This document shows, piece by piece, positions 12,801 to 24,944 of a DNA stretch of 59,593 nucleotides; the stretch's first letter is position 1, and every line of letters starts with the position of its first letter. Below the pieces are notes generated by a model. That model ran no database searches. It saw only the letters and a list, made by a program, of their open reading frames with translations, and was not told the origin of the DNA. Position numbers and translations under genes: made by a program. The DNA is from Malacoraja senta (taxonomy: Eukaryota): the NCBI GenBank assembly GCA_038087875.1, contig JAXLNO010000346.1, forward strand, positions 124,001-183,593, written 5' to 3'.

Positions 12801-15800
12801 GGATTAGAAGGTTTCAGCAACAGGGGGAGGTTGGATAAACTTGGGTTATTTTCTCTGGAACGTCAGAGGTTGAGGGAAGACTGGATAGAAGTATATAAAG
12901 TTATGAGAGGCATACATAAGTTAATCAGAGGCTTTTCCCCAGGGTGAAAATGTCCAACACTAGAGGGTGTAGCTATATGGTGAGAGGGGGAAAGTTTAAA
13001 GTGCGAGGCAAGATTTTTACACAGAGAGGGGTGGGGGTGGGGAATGCACTGCCAGAGATAGTGGTGGATGCAGATACCAAAGTGGTGTTTAAGAGGCTTT
13101 AGGATAGGCACATGGAAGTTCAGGGACTAGAGCGATATGGATCATGCACAGGGAGATGAGATCAGTTTAACTTGGAATCATGTTTGGCACAGATAATGTG
13201 GGCTGGAGGGCCCATTCCTGTGCTGTACTGTTCTGTGTTCTAATACAGGATCTTAGCTTAGTTTACTGATGGAAACATAGGCCTACCTAGTCCACGCTGA
13301 TCATCGACCACATGTTAGCACTAGTTCTATGTTATCCTACTTTCTCATCCACTCCTGACCCGCTTGAGGCAATTTACAGAGGACAATTGACCTCCAAACC
13401 GGTTCTTGTGTTTGGGATGTGGGAAGAAACCGGAGCACCCAGAGGAAACCCACGCAGTCGCAGGGAGAAGGTGCAAACCCCACGTCAGGATCAAACCCGG
13501 ATCTGTGCCACTGTGAGGTCACAGCTCTACCAGTTGTGCCACTGTGCTGCCCGCCCCCGACATATCTGGTGGCACAATCCTCATCCCATTCCTGACCTCC
13601 TATAAAATGAGAAATGAATGAGTTACTGCAAAATGGAGGAACAGCACCTGTATTCCTTTTGGGTTGCTTACAACCCAACGGTATGAACATTGAATTCACC
13701 AATTTTAGGCAACAAACCTACAATCAACCCTCCTTTTTCTTTCCTCCCCCCCCCCCTCCCTTCTTCCACCTAGATTCCTTTGCCTGCTGACTGGTTAGCT
13801 CGCATCAAAAGCTTCTCACTGTACCTTGGTACAGGTGACATTACACTAAACTGAACTGACCCTACGACCTTGCTTATACCCCACAGGAAGAGGAGGAGAG
13901 GCTCCAGCACCAAAGGCTCTGTGTTAAAGCGCTGCGCGTGGACCCCACTTCCATCGTCTCGCTGCGGAGTAATGGAGCGGGTGTCAAGGTGAAGCTGGGG
14001 GAGGTTGCCGGCAAGGTGCTCGCTGAGGAGGATGCCCATAGCCCCGCACGCAAGGAGAAATGTGGCGAGTTCAAGGTCAACAAAACCGACTTGGAGAAGA
14101 TGGTGCCTACACTGGCGGCCGTCACGGGTAAGGTCATCAGGAATAGTAGAATTAGGCCATTCGGCCCATCAAGTCTACTCCGTCATTCAATCATGGCTGA
14201 TCTATCTATCTCTCCTAACCCCATTCTCCTGCCTTCTCCCCATAACCTCTGACACCCGTACTAATCATGAATCAAGGCAGGTGAAGGTCTCCTCGCTTGT
14301 CCCAGGGCTAACGGGCTGCTCCAGGTTTGCACCACTCCCTCTCTTGTCCTGGGGTATCCTGCATCCTTCCTTCATTCCGGAATAATGCAGATCACCCCTT
14401 TATTGGGTTAACCTATGATGAGCGTTTGATGGCTATGGGCCTGTACTCGCTGGAGTTTAGAAGGATGAGGGGGACCTCATTGACACTTACTGCATAGTAA
14501 AAAGTCCTGGATGAAGTGGATGTGGCGAGGATGTTTCCACCAGTGGGAGAGTCATGGACCAGAGGGCGCAGACTCAGAATATAAGGTGCTAGATCGCTCC
14601 CTTCTCTACCCTAGAATAGTCAATGACTTTTAGACTTTAGAGATACAGTGCTGAAATTGGCCGTTTGGCCCACCGAGTTGGTGCCGACCAGCGATGATCC
14701 TGTACGTTACCTTACACACACAAGGGACAATTATTTATTACAACTTACTGAAACCAAGTAAGCTACAATCCTGCAAGTCTTTGGAGTGTCCCCAATGGTT
14801 TCTCATTGGATCGCTCTTGGATTGTGCCACACTCTCTTTAAATGACTCTTCCCTCCTGTAACCCCACACAGGCTGCATCTGCAGTTCCTTCCTCCACCTG
14901 TCACTTGCTAGGTTTTTTCCTGCCCCCACCTCTCTTCCAGCTTTCTTCCTCCCCCGACACGCCACAATTAGTTTGAAGAAGGGCCCCGACCTGAAACATC
15001 ACGTATCCATGTTTTCCAGACATGTGCAGGAAGGAACTGCAGATGCTGGTTTACACCGGAGATAGACACAAAATGCTGCAGGAACTCAGTGGGTCAGGCA
15101 GCATCTCTGGAGAAAAAGAATAGGTGATGTTTCAGGTCAAGACCCTTCCCCAGACCGAGAGTCAGGGGAGAGGGAAACTCCAGAAATACTGCCTGACCTG
15201 CTGAGTTACTCTCGCACTTTGTCTTTTGTCAGGAACCAGCATCTGCAGATCCTTGTTTCTCCAGAGTTTGATAGAGCTGCATCTTGACTATCTGACTCTT
15301 GTACTCAGTGACCGACCGATGAAGGCAAACGTACCTCACCACTGTCACTGTGTGTTACCAGTGCTTTGTTCAGAATCAATTTCACAATCACACTCAATTT
15401 ATCGGCCAAGTATGTACACACACAAGGAATTTGACGGTGCTTTACTCGCACGTGGTAAAAACACGAGACAACAGACAATTAAAAAAACATTATAATTAAA
15501 CAATGTAAAAATATAGTGCAAGAGTAAAAAGGGGCAGCTTTGCTATATATTGCACATGTAAATATCTAAAGTGCACTTGGAGAGTTCATAAGTGTTTGAC
15601 TTACAGACCAGAATGTAGTGGTGTAGAGCGGCTGTTAAGTAGGGCTACCGCATGTAGGAAGAAGCTGTTTTTGTGTCTGGATGTGCCCAGAGGGGAGAAC
15701 TTCATGAGAGAGTTAGATATAGGTCTTAGGGCTGATGGAATCAAGGGATATGGGGAGAAAGCCAGAACAGAGTACTGATTCTGGATGATGGGCCATGATC

Positions 15801-18800
15801 ATATTGAATGGCGGTGCTGGCTCGAAGGGCCGAATAGATACATAGAAAATAGGTGCAGGAGTAGGCCATTCGGCCCTTCGAGCCCGCACCGCCATTCAAT
15901 ATGATCATGGCTGATCATCCAACTCAGTATCCCGTACCTGCCTTCTCTCCATACCCCCTGATCCCTTTAGCCACAAGGGCCACATCTAACTCCCTCTTAA
16001 ATATAGCCAATGAACTGGCCTCAACTACCCTCTGTGGCAGAGAGTTCCAGAGATTCACCACTCTCTGTGTGAAAAAGTTTTTTCTCATCTCGGTCTTAAA
16101 GGATTTCCCCCTTATCCTTAAGCTGTGACCCCTTGTCCTGGACTTCCCCAACATCGGGAACAATCTTCCTACATCTAGCCTGTCCAACCCCATAAGAATT
16201 TTGTACGTTTCTATAAGATCCCCTCTCAATCTCCTAAATTCTTGCGAGTATAAGCCAATTCTATCCAGTCTTTCTTCATATGAAAGTCCTGACATCCCAG
16301 GAATCAGTCTGGTGAACCTTCTCTGCACTCCCTCTATGGCTATAATGTCCTTCCTCAGATTTGGAGACCAAAACTGTACGCAATACTCCAGGTGTGGTCT
16401 CACCAAGACCCTGTACAACTGCAGTAGAACCTCCCTGCTCCTATACTCAAATCCTTTTGCTATGAAAGCTAACATACCATTCGCTTTCTTCACTGCCTGC
16501 TGCACCTGCATGCCTACTTTCAATGACTGGTGTACCATGACACCCAGGTCTCGCTGCATCTCCCCTTTCCCTAATCGGCCACCATTTAGATAATAGTCTG
16601 CTTTCCTGTTTTTGCCACCAAAGTGGATAACCTCACATTTATCCACATTATACTGCATCTGCCAAACATTTGCCCACTCACCCAGCCTATCCAAGTCACC
16701 TTGCAGTCTCCTAGCATCCTCCTCACAGCTAACACTGCCCCCCAGCTTAGTGTCATCCGCAAACTTGGAGATGTTGCCTTCAATTCCCTCATCCAGTTCA
16801 TTAATATAAATTGTAAATAGCTGGGGTCCCAGCACTGAGCCTTGCGGTACCCCACTAGTCACTGCCTGCCATTGTGAAAAGGACCCGTTTACTCCTACTC
16901 TTTGCTTCCTGTTTGCCAGCCAGTTCTCTATCCACATCAATACTGAACCCCCAATACCGTGTGCTTTAAGTTTGTATACTAATCTCTTATGTGGGACCTT
17001 GTCGAAAGCCTTCTGAAAGTCCAGATACAACACATCCACTGGTTCTCCCCTATCCACTCTACTAGTTACATCCTCGAAAAATTCTATAAGATTCGTCAGA
17101 CATGATTTACCTTTCGTAAATCCATGCTGACTTTGTCCAATGATATCACCACTTTCCAAATGTGCTGCTATCCCATCTTTAATAACTGACTCTAGCAGTT
17201 TCCCCACTACCGATGTTAGACTAACTGGTCTGTAATTCCCCGTTTTCTCTCTCCCTCCCTTCTTAAAAAGTGGGGTTACGTTTGCTACCCTCCAATCCTC
17301 AGGAACTACTCCAGAATCTAAAGAGTTTTGAAAAATTATCACTAATGCATCCACTATTTCTGGAGCTACTTCCTTAAGTACTCTGGGATGCAGCCTATCT
17401 GGCCCTGGTGATTTATCGGCATTTAATCCATTCAATTTACCCAACACCACTTCCCGACTAACCTGGATTTCACTCAGTTCCTCCATCTCCTTTGACCCGC
17501 GGTCCCCTGCTATTTCCGGCAGATTATTTATGTCTTCCTTAGTGAAGACGGAACCAGTTATTCAATTGGTCTGCCATATCCTTGTTCCCCATGATCAATT
17601 CACCTGTTTCTGACTGCAAGGGACCTACATTTGTTTTAACTAATCTCTTTCTCTTCACATATCTATATAAACTTTTGCAGTCAGTTTTTATGTTCCCTGC
17701 CAGTTTTCTTTCATAATCTATTTTCCCTTTCCTAATTAAGCCCTTTGTCCTCCTCTGCTGGTCTCTGAATTTCTCCCAGTCCTCTGGTATGCTGCTTTTT
17801 CTGGCTAATTTGTACGCATCATCTTTTGTTTTGATACTATCCCTGATTTCCCTTGTTATCCACGGATGCACTACCTTCCCTGATTTATTCTTTTGCCAAA
17901 CTGGGATGAACAATTTTTGTAGTTCATCCATGCAGTCTTTAAATGCCTTCCATTGCATATCCACCGTCAACCCTTTTAGAACTAATTGCCAGTCAATCTT
18001 GGCCAATTCACGTCACATACCCTCAAAGTTACCTTTCTTTAAGTTCAGAACCGTTGTTTCTGAATTAACAATGTCACTCTCCATCCTAATGAAGAACTCA
18101 ACCATATTATGGTCACTCTTGCCCAAGGGGGCACGCAGAACAAGACTGCTAACTAACCCTTCCTCATTACTCAATACCCAGTCTAGAATAGCCTGCTCTC
18201 TCGTTGGTTCCTCTACATGTTGGTTTACATAACTATCCCACATACATTCCAAGAAATCCTCTTCCTCAGCACCCCTGCCAATTTGATTCACCCAATCTAT
18301 ATGTAGATTGAAGTCACCCATTATAACTGTTTTGCCTTTGTTGCACGCATTTCTAATTTCCTGTTTGATGCCATCCCCAACTTCACTACTACTGCTAGGT
18401 GGCCTGTACACAACACCCACCAGCGTTTTCTGCCCCTTAGTGTTTCGCAGCTCTACCCATACCGATTCCACATCCTCCAAGCTAATGTCCTTCCTTTCCA
18501 CTGCGTTAATCTCCTCTCTAACCAGCAACGCTACCCCACCTCCTTTTCCTTTCTCTCTATCCCTCCTGAATATTGAATATCCCTGGATGTTCAGCTCCCA
18601 GCCTTGGTCACCCTGGAGCCATGTCTCCGTGATCCCAACTATATCATAATCATTAATAGCTATCTGCACGTTGAACTCATCCACCTTATTACGAATGCTC
18701 CTTGCATTGAGACACAAAGCCTTCAGGCTTGTTTTTACAACGCTCTTACCCCTTATACAATTATGTTGAAAAGTGGCCCTTTTTGATTTTAGCCCTGGAT

Positions 18801-21691
18801 TTGTCTGCCTGCCACTTTTACTTTTCACCTTGCCACCTATTGCTTCCGCCCGCATTTTACACCCCTCTGTTTCTCTGCTCACCCATTTAAGAACCCCACC
18901 ACCTCTTATTCTCTGTTTATTATTGTTTTCTTCTTTCCCCCCTACATGTTGGGTCTGAGTGCTTTCCTTCTCTGCCTCCTGCCTCACACACTGTCTAATA
19001 GCTTTCTCTATTTGAGTCCCTCCTGCATGGCCTACTCCTGCACCTATTTTCAATGTTTCTACTTCAAAGAATTTGTGGCCAGGGTGAGAGCGGGTCAGAC
19101 CCTTGTTCTGACTCTTGTCTGCGTTTGCTTGCAGACGGCACGGTGGTGATGGTCGTGAACAAGGCCAACGTGTTGCAGGCCATCTACTACCAGGATGGCC
19201 GCATGAAGCAGACCTTCGAGAGGTTCCCCAAGGTGCTGCTGGTGGGTGCTACCTACAGCTGGGCGGGCCTGCGGCTGCCCACCTACCTGCTGCTGGCCAT
19301 CGACGGCAACGGGGAGAGTGAGCTGGCGAGTCTGTGGTTTCTGCAGAGCGAGGAGCGTGAGACCGTCCGGCAGCTTCTGCGCATCTTCAGGCAGAAGAAC
19401 CCGGCGGCGGAGGGAACGCGGGCGGTGGTGGTCGGCGGCAAGGTGTGTGACGGGGAGCTGGTGACCAACGTGCTGCCCCACTGCAAGCCGCTGGCCTGCC
19501 TCGCCCACACCCTGAGCGTCTTCCAGGACGATGTGACCGCTGAGAAGCTGCACCTGACCGCCGGGCAACAGTAAGCACTGGCACCGCCATCACCTCGTGG
19601 GACCGGAGCGGAGCGGGCGGGTGGTGGATGGGGGTTCCCAAATATTCCTCCTCCTGTCACATTGTGTTGGTTCGTTAAAGTTGTGACTCTCATCCCTCTG
19701 CACAACCAGTCTACCCATGTCCCATCTGCTCAACTCTGCCCTCTCTCTCTTTTCTTTCCTTCTTTCTTACCCGCTCCTCCTTCCCTTCTTTCCTTCTCCC
19801 CCTCCTTTCTCCGTCTCCCTCTCCTCGTCCTCCGTCCCACTCCTCCCCCTCCTCTCCTCCGCCCCTTTCCCCTGTTTCCATACTCCTCCCCTCCATCACC
19901 CACTCCTACCCTGCTTCACACTTCCTCTCCTCCACCCCCTCCTCTCTTTCCTCCTCTTTCCCCCTCCCATCCCCCCTCCCCTCTTCCCCCTCCTCCCCTT
20001 CACCCCCCTCCGCTCCTTCCCTCTACTCTCCACCTGCCCCCTCTACTCCACCATTGGGCATCAATAAGCTCTGGCATCATGATTCTGTTGTGGGACCGGG
20101 GCGGGGGAGGGAGGGGCGGGGGTAGGTTGGATTTTCTCAAATATTCATCCTCCTGTCAGGGCGTGGGTCAGATAAGGGTGTGACTCATTCCTCAACATGG
20201 TCCGCACAATCCAGTCTACCCCTGCCCCACTCTCCCTCCTCCATTCTACCCTCCTCTCCCTTTCTGTAGATGGGGCATCTTGGTCAGCATTAGATGGGGC
20301 ATCTTGGTCAGCATTAGATGGGGCATCTTGGTCAGCATTAGATGGGGCATCTTGGTCAGCATTAGATGAGGCATCTTGGTCAGCATTAGATGGGGCATCT
20401 TGGTCAGCATTAAATGGGGCATCTTGGGCAGCAAGGACGAGTTGGGCCGAGTGGCCTATTTCCATGCTGTTTGACTCCACTGTTCAGTGGTCATTGAGGA
20501 GGCCACTTTATTTTTCTTCAGGAAAGAAATGTTGGAGTTTTTCTTGTAGCCGATGGGGACTGTTGAGGTGAGAGTTTAGTTTAGTTTTGGAGATACAGCG
20601 TGGAAACAGGCCCTTTGCCCCACTGAGTACACGCCGACCATTGATCACCCGTTCACACTAGTTCTAGGCTACACTCGTTACAGAGGCCAATTAACGTACA
20701 AACCCGCACGTCTTTGGAACGTGGGAGGAAACCGGAGAATCCGGAGGAAACCCACATGGTCACAGGGAGAACGTACAAACTCCACACAGACAATGCCTGT
20801 AGTCAGGATGGATCCTGGGACTGGCACTGTAAGGCAGCAACTCTACCGCTACGCCACCGTGCTGCACCAGGAGGTTCCTAACCTTGTCTCCTCTTCCCTT
20901 TCTTCCCGCCAGGAGCCTCCAACGCGGAAAGCGCCGTCGACTACTTCCACAAGACGTGGCACGGGTCCCGCCGCCAGTGGGTGGAGGGCTTCAAGCACGA
21001 GAACGAGAGCTACCTCACCAGCACCCTTCAGCGGGTGCAGGTGCTGAGCCAGAGGCTGGCGGCCGCGGTCGAGGACTTCTCCGACGTGACCTCCTTCAGC
21101 CGGGACCTCCTGAAGGCCGTGGACACGATGCGGGCCGAGTGTGACCAGCGGGTGTTGCAGAGAGCGCCTCCTGCAGGGCCGCAGGACAACTCCACCGAGT
21201 CTTTCTACCGGGAGCTGCTCACCGACTTTGCCTTCCGCCGGGTGCGGAGGGAGCTGGAGGAAGCGGAGTGGGTCTCCTTCCTCAGTGTGGAGGCCGAGAG
21301 GGCCTGGCCCGTGTGTCGGCGCCGGGTCCTCGTGACGGACCAGGCCAGCTGCCAGTGCACCTTCCGCACCTCCATGAGGCTCCCCTGCCGGCACGTCCTG
21401 GCTCTGCGGCGGCGGCTGGGCTCCGACCTCTTCGAGCCCTCGCTCTGCGCCGGGCGCTGGACGCAGGAGCACTTCCTCGGCGGTCAGCTCCCGCCCGCGT
21501 CACCGAGGGAGCGGGACAAGGTGCAGCAGGAGCGATACCGCCAGGCCTTCAAGGTAGCTCGCAAACTCTCCTCCCTCGCCACCCGGTGTCCGGCCGAAGA
21601 CTTTGGCAGGTGCCTGGCGGTCATGACGGCCATCACCGACATCTGGGCCAGAGGTGGCCAGGTGCAAGTCACCGAAATCAATGGTTTGTAG
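6547..21691 (+). CDS. Gene copy 1: spliced Mutator/MULE-transposase-derived, SWIM zinc-finger (ZSWIM3-like) gene; integrity after exon 4 unresolved
   Basis: GT-AG exons 6547-6803, 9595-9703, 13887-14127 and 19135-19570 join in frame (phases 2, 0, 1). A large SWIM exon is at 20913-21691. Exons are GC3-rich islands among repeats. Confidence 0.8.
6828..7050 (+). mobile_element. tRNA-derived SINE (HE1-like) immediately after the exon 1 donor
   Basis: B box ggttcgatcct and core gtggagtttgcacgtcctc. The paralog is at 35703-35935. Confidence 0.75.
7872..8710 (-). mobile_element. Second GC-rich non-autonomous retroposon (~840 bp) with (TTGA)n tail
   Basis: Absent from the paralogous site (37150 gatttgttttttcatacc). 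The minus-strand 3' end is aataaatattgaaatattgattgattga. It has an internal ~75-bp repeat (8095-8165 / 8186-8250) and shares motifs with 2164-3126. Confidence 0.72.
9595..9703 (+). CDS. Copy 1 coding exon 2 (completes the WRKY/FAR1-type C..C..HxH finger)
   Basis: Acceptor gtctttttcag|; AG+A gives Arg, then INKMKCPCVIKVRLSADGDKFVVKVINESHNHTVPQ; donor CAG|gtaaaa. Confidence 0.87.
11355..11495 (-). ncRNA. Three tandem minimal hammerhead-ribozyme-like units in a Penelope-type repeat
   Basis: Minus strand has three ~50-nt units CUGAAGA-[stem II: agggtgttgaccc / ggggtctcgcccc / aggctctcgaccc]-(G/A)AAA-(C/U)(G/A)UC. Two units have AAAA in place of GAAA. Confidence 0.6.
13610..13770 (+). mobile_element. 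Penelope-like element 3' fragment (end of the GIY-YIG endonuclease ORF)
   Basis: Frameshifted KMEEQHL...LGCLQPNGMNIEFTNF, resembling PLE C-termini, followed by a pyrimidine tract. The paralog is at ~46540-46700. Confidence 0.65.
13887..14127 (+). CDS. Copy 1 coding exon 3 (linker)
   Basis: Acceptor ccccacag|; open EEEERLQHQRLCVKALRVDP...DLEKMVPTLAAVT; donor G|gtaagg. Phases fit both neighbours. Confidence 0.8.
15836..19023 (-). mobile_element. Young 5'-truncated CR1-clade LINE (nearly complete ORF2, APE + RT, two frameshifts) in intron 3 of copy 1
   Basis: ORF pieces 18013-19053 (LNARSI, ITETW, YRPP, GDFN, SDH), 17539-18006 and 15924-17486 (NYRPVSL, DFQKAFD, GVPQGSVLGP, FADD). Nested in an older CR1 tail; the empty site gggccgaatggcctact is at 48764. 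Confidence 0.95.
19135..19570 (+). CDS. Copy 1 coding exon 4 (MULE transposase core)
   Basis: Acceptor tttgcttgcag|; G+AC gives Asp; IYYQDGRMKQTFERFPKVLLVGATY..LPTYLLLAIDGNGESE..FRQKNP..GGKVCD..CLAH (CxxH); donor CA|gtaagc. Confidence 0.88.
20268..20425. repeat. 24-bp VNTR derived from a CR1/SINE tail
   Basis: agatggggcatcttggtcagcatt ~6.5 copies here versus ~3 at 49986-50055. Confidence 0.92.
20575..20865 (-). mobile_element. tRNA-derived SINE (HE1-like)
   Basis: Minus strand gcacggtggcgtagcggtagagttgctg...gagtttgtacgttctccc...aaactaaact. Confidence 0.75.
20913..21691 (+). CDS. Copy 1 exon carrying the MULE C-terminal helices and the SWIM zinc finger
   Basis: Acceptor ttccctttcttcccgccag|; VDYFHKTWHGSRRQWVEG; SWIM CQCTFRTSMRLPCRH (21350-21394); ..GRWT; ERYRQAFKVARKLSSLA. 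It ends at TAG 21689-21691 or at a donor G|gtttgt at 21684. Confidence 0.85.
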
Positions 21692-21739
21692 CGACACAGT
21701 CTCAGAGAGAGAGTGAAGCAAAGATGCACACAAATGATG

Positions 21740-22410
21740 GAGCAGTACAGCACAAGAACAGGCCCTTCAGCACACAATGAACATGATGCCAAGACCATCG
21801 CTTATCTACCTGCATATAATCCATATCTCCCCATTTCATGCATATCCATGTGCCTATCTAAAAGTCTTTCAAATGCCACTATTGTATCTGCTTCAACTTC
21901 CACCCCTGGCAGCATGTTCCAGGCACTCACCGCCCTCTGTGTAAAAGGAAACTTGCGCCGCACATCTCCTTTAAACTCTACCCTTTTCACTTTAATGTAA
22001 TGCCCTCTAGTATTTGATTTTTTTAAATTCTGGGAGAAGGAGCCTGACTCTCCACCCCATCTATGCCTTTCATCATTTTACAAACCTCTATTAGGTCTCT
22101 CCGCAACCTCTGGCATTCCAGAGGAAACAATCCAAGTATTTCCAACTTCTCCCTGTAGCTAATGCCTCCTAATCCAGGCAAAATATTCTGGCAAACCTCC
22201 TAGTCTCTCTCCAAAGCTTCCAAATACTTCCTATAATGGGGCAACCAGAACTGGATGCAATACTCCAAATGCAGCCTAAACCAAAGTCCTATAAAGATGC
22301 ATCATGACTTCCTGACTGTTATAGTCAATGCACCCATGACCTATGAAAGCAAGCATACCGTATGCCTTCTTGACCACTCTCTCCACATATGTTGCCACTT
22401 ACAGGGAAGT
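21740..22410 (-). mobile_element. Old degenerate CR1-clade LINE 3' fragment
   Basis: FTQRAVSAWNMLP..TIVAFERLLDRHM; degenerate LEYCIQFW region. Confidence 0.75.
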
Positions 22411-22542
22411 ACTGTAGAAAGTGGACACTAAGTGCTGGAGTAACTCAGCGGATCAGGCAGCATCTCTGGAGGGCGAGGATAGGTGTCGTTTCGGGTCGGG
22501 TCCCTTCATACTAAATGTTGTAGGGGGAAGCAATCTGGATGA

Positions 22543-22830
22543 TGCGATACGATAGAACTTTTATTGATCCCAGGAGGGAAATTGATCTGCCAACAGTCAT
22601 AAAACACAAGATACATGAAATTAAAGTGATGAGTGGAAAGGATTGGTGATATGCAAATATTGGGGAGGGGAGTCAGTCTACCCCACAGAAGGGGGAGGAG
22701 TTGTACAGATTGATAGCCAAATGGAAGAAGGATCTCCTGTGGCGTTCTGTACTGCATCTTAGTGGAACCAGTCTGTTGCTGAAGGTGCTCCTCAGGGTTA
22801 CCAGTGTGTCATGGAGGGGATGGTGTGTCC
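22543..22830 (-). mobile_element. Rex1-type LINE 3' end
   Basis: HPLHDTLVTLRSTFSNRLVPLRCSTERHRRSFF..AINLYN; minus-strand aataaa and (tatcg)n tail. Confidence 0.75.
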
Positions 22831-23342
22831 CCATGAATGTTGTGTCATGGGGTGAGACAAATACACACCTCTCTTGCCCACCTGGATGTGGACCCATTTC
22901 TCCCACATTCCCGCACCCCACTCCTTCCCCATTCCATCCTGTCCCCTTCCAACTATATACCTTCCCCTGACTTTACCATTCATGCTTCTCCTCTCCTAGC
23001 CTTTTGGCTTTTCATCTCTGGCCTTATCTGTGCCCATCAAACCCGGCCTGCTGGTGGGCAATGGAGAGGCGAGGGACGGTGGAGTCACTGTTGTTGGTCT
23101 GCGGGGGGGGCGTAGAAAAGTTGCCCTCTCTCCTGTCTCTCAGTTTGAAGAAAGGTGTCGACCCTAAATGTCACCTATTCCTATTCAGAAATGTTGCCTG
23201 ACCCGCTGAGTTACTCCAGCAGCTTGTGTCAATCCAGTTAACACTTGCCAGGCTTTGTCCCAGCCCCACCTCTCTTTCAGCCTTCTCCCCTCCCTCTACC
23301 TCAATCAGTCTGAAGCGTCCCAACCCGAAACATTGCCTCATC

Positions 23343-24130
23343 CTCTCCTTCCTTAGCGAAGACAGACCAAAGTACCTGTTCAACTCATCTGCCATTTCCT
23401 TGTTCCCCATAATAAATTCACCTGTTTCTGTCTTCAAAGGACCCACATTTGTCTTAACTAATCATTTACTCTTCACATACCTAAAGAAGCTTTTCCTAAC
23501 CTCCTTTATATTCTTGGCTAGTTTACCTTCGTACTTCTCTTTTCTCCCCGTATTGCCTTTTTAGTTGCCTTCTGTTGTTCTTTAAAAGTTTCCCAATCCT
23601 CTGGCTTCCCGCTTATCTTTCCAATGTTATACGTCTTCTCTTTTATTTTTATACTGTCCCTGACTTCCCTTGTCAGTCACGGCCACCTCTTACTCCTCTT
23701 AGAATCTTTCTTCCTCTTTGGAATGAAATGATCCTGCATCTTCTGGATTATTCCCAGAAATTCCCGCCATTGCTGTTCCACTGTCATCCGTGCTAGGGTC
23801 CCTTTCCAGTCAACTTTGGCCATCGCCTCCTTCATACCTTCATAGTCCCTTTTGTTCACACTGCAACACTTCTGATTTAACCTTCTCCCTCTCAAATTGC
23901 AGATTAAAACTTATCATATTATGGTCACCACCTCTTAATGGCTCCTTTACCTTGAGTTCCCTTATCAAATCCGGTTCATTACACAACACTAAATCCAGAA
24001 TTGCTTTCTCCCTGGTAGGCTCCAGTACAGGCTGCTCTAAGAATCCATCTCGGAGGCACCCTGCAAACTCCCTTTCTTGGGGTCCAGTACCAACCTGATA
24101 TTCCCAGTCTATCTGCATATTGAATTCCCC
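23343..24130 (-). mobile_element. Degenerate CR1 ORF2 fragment (APE C-terminus and linker)
   Basis: FNMQIDW..EPTREKAILDLVLCNE..DHNMISF; GPLKTETGEFIMGNKEMADELNRYF. Confidence 0.85.
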
Positions 24131-24647
24131 CATAACCTCTGACACCCGCACTAATCAAGAATCTATCTATCTCTGCCTTAAATATATCCACTGATTTTGC
24201 CTCCACAACCTTCTGTGGCCAAGAATTCCACAGATTCACCACCCTTGCCTGTTCCAGACACTCAGCATCTTCCGTGTAAAATGAAAATGAGAAAAAAAAC
24301 TTGCCTCGCACATCTCCTTGAAACTTTGCCCCTCTCACCATTTTATCTTTCAGAAGATTCCCTTTGCACTGATAGACAGGCCCTCTGATACTTATTGACC
24401 GAAGATAGACACAAAATGCTGGAGTAACTCAGCAGGACTTACCGAGCCCTTTATCATGATTTATTACTGTATGTTTCCTCAAATATTGTTTGACCGTTTT
24501 GCACCATGACAACCTTTACTCCCTGGTGTACTCTGGACACATTACTATGTGCGTCCCCCAATAATTTATTACTGTCTGTTTCCCTCTCGGCTTACATTGT
24601 TGTGCCCCCTCCAACATCACTCACTCGTTGTGTTCCTTTGTTTTCAG

Positions 24648-24691
24648 TGACTGGTGTAACACAGCAAGAATCGTCGTCTCCAGCCACCGAG
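24648..24691 (+). CDS. Possible small downstream coding exon (VTGVTQQESSSPATE) with GC donor
   Basis: Acceptor ttcctttgttttcag|; phase 1 matches the donor at 21684; donor AG|gcaagt fits the GC-AG consensus. A paralogous copy is near 51252. Confidence 0.4.
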
Positions 24692-24944
24692 GCAAGTTGA
24701 AGATGTGCGCAAGAACTGATTTCAGATCTGACTGATCGACAGACAGTGGGAGCCGTGCCCAGTCAGTGATTCACCGCAATCCCAGGAATCAGGATCTAAG
24801 TTGCTTTCTCTTCATACCCACGTGTGTGTTACGCTTGTGTGTCTGAGTGTGTACAGATGCACCCAATGAACACTGCCATATATCGATCACCATTGATAAC
24901 GAACTGTCACTCTGCCCTGTGTGTTGCGTGTGTGTGTATGTTAC

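Noticed and set aside
19662..20183. Pro/Leu/Ser-rich ORFs over polypyrimidine tracts (also 7104-7503, 36330-36733, 49339-49902)
   Set aside because: Low-complexity (CT)n/C-rich DNA.
20145..20571. ORFs with ADQDAPSN / SWSALDGA repeats; CRISPR-like appearance
   Set aside because: Head-to-tail 24-bp VNTR from a retroposon tail with no spacers; copy number differs between paralogs.
6547..21691. Assigning the symbol ZSWIM3, or calling an active Mutator transposon
   Set aside because: Orthology cannot be shown without phylogeny or synteny; no TIRs or TSD were seen and the predicted DDE residues are absent.
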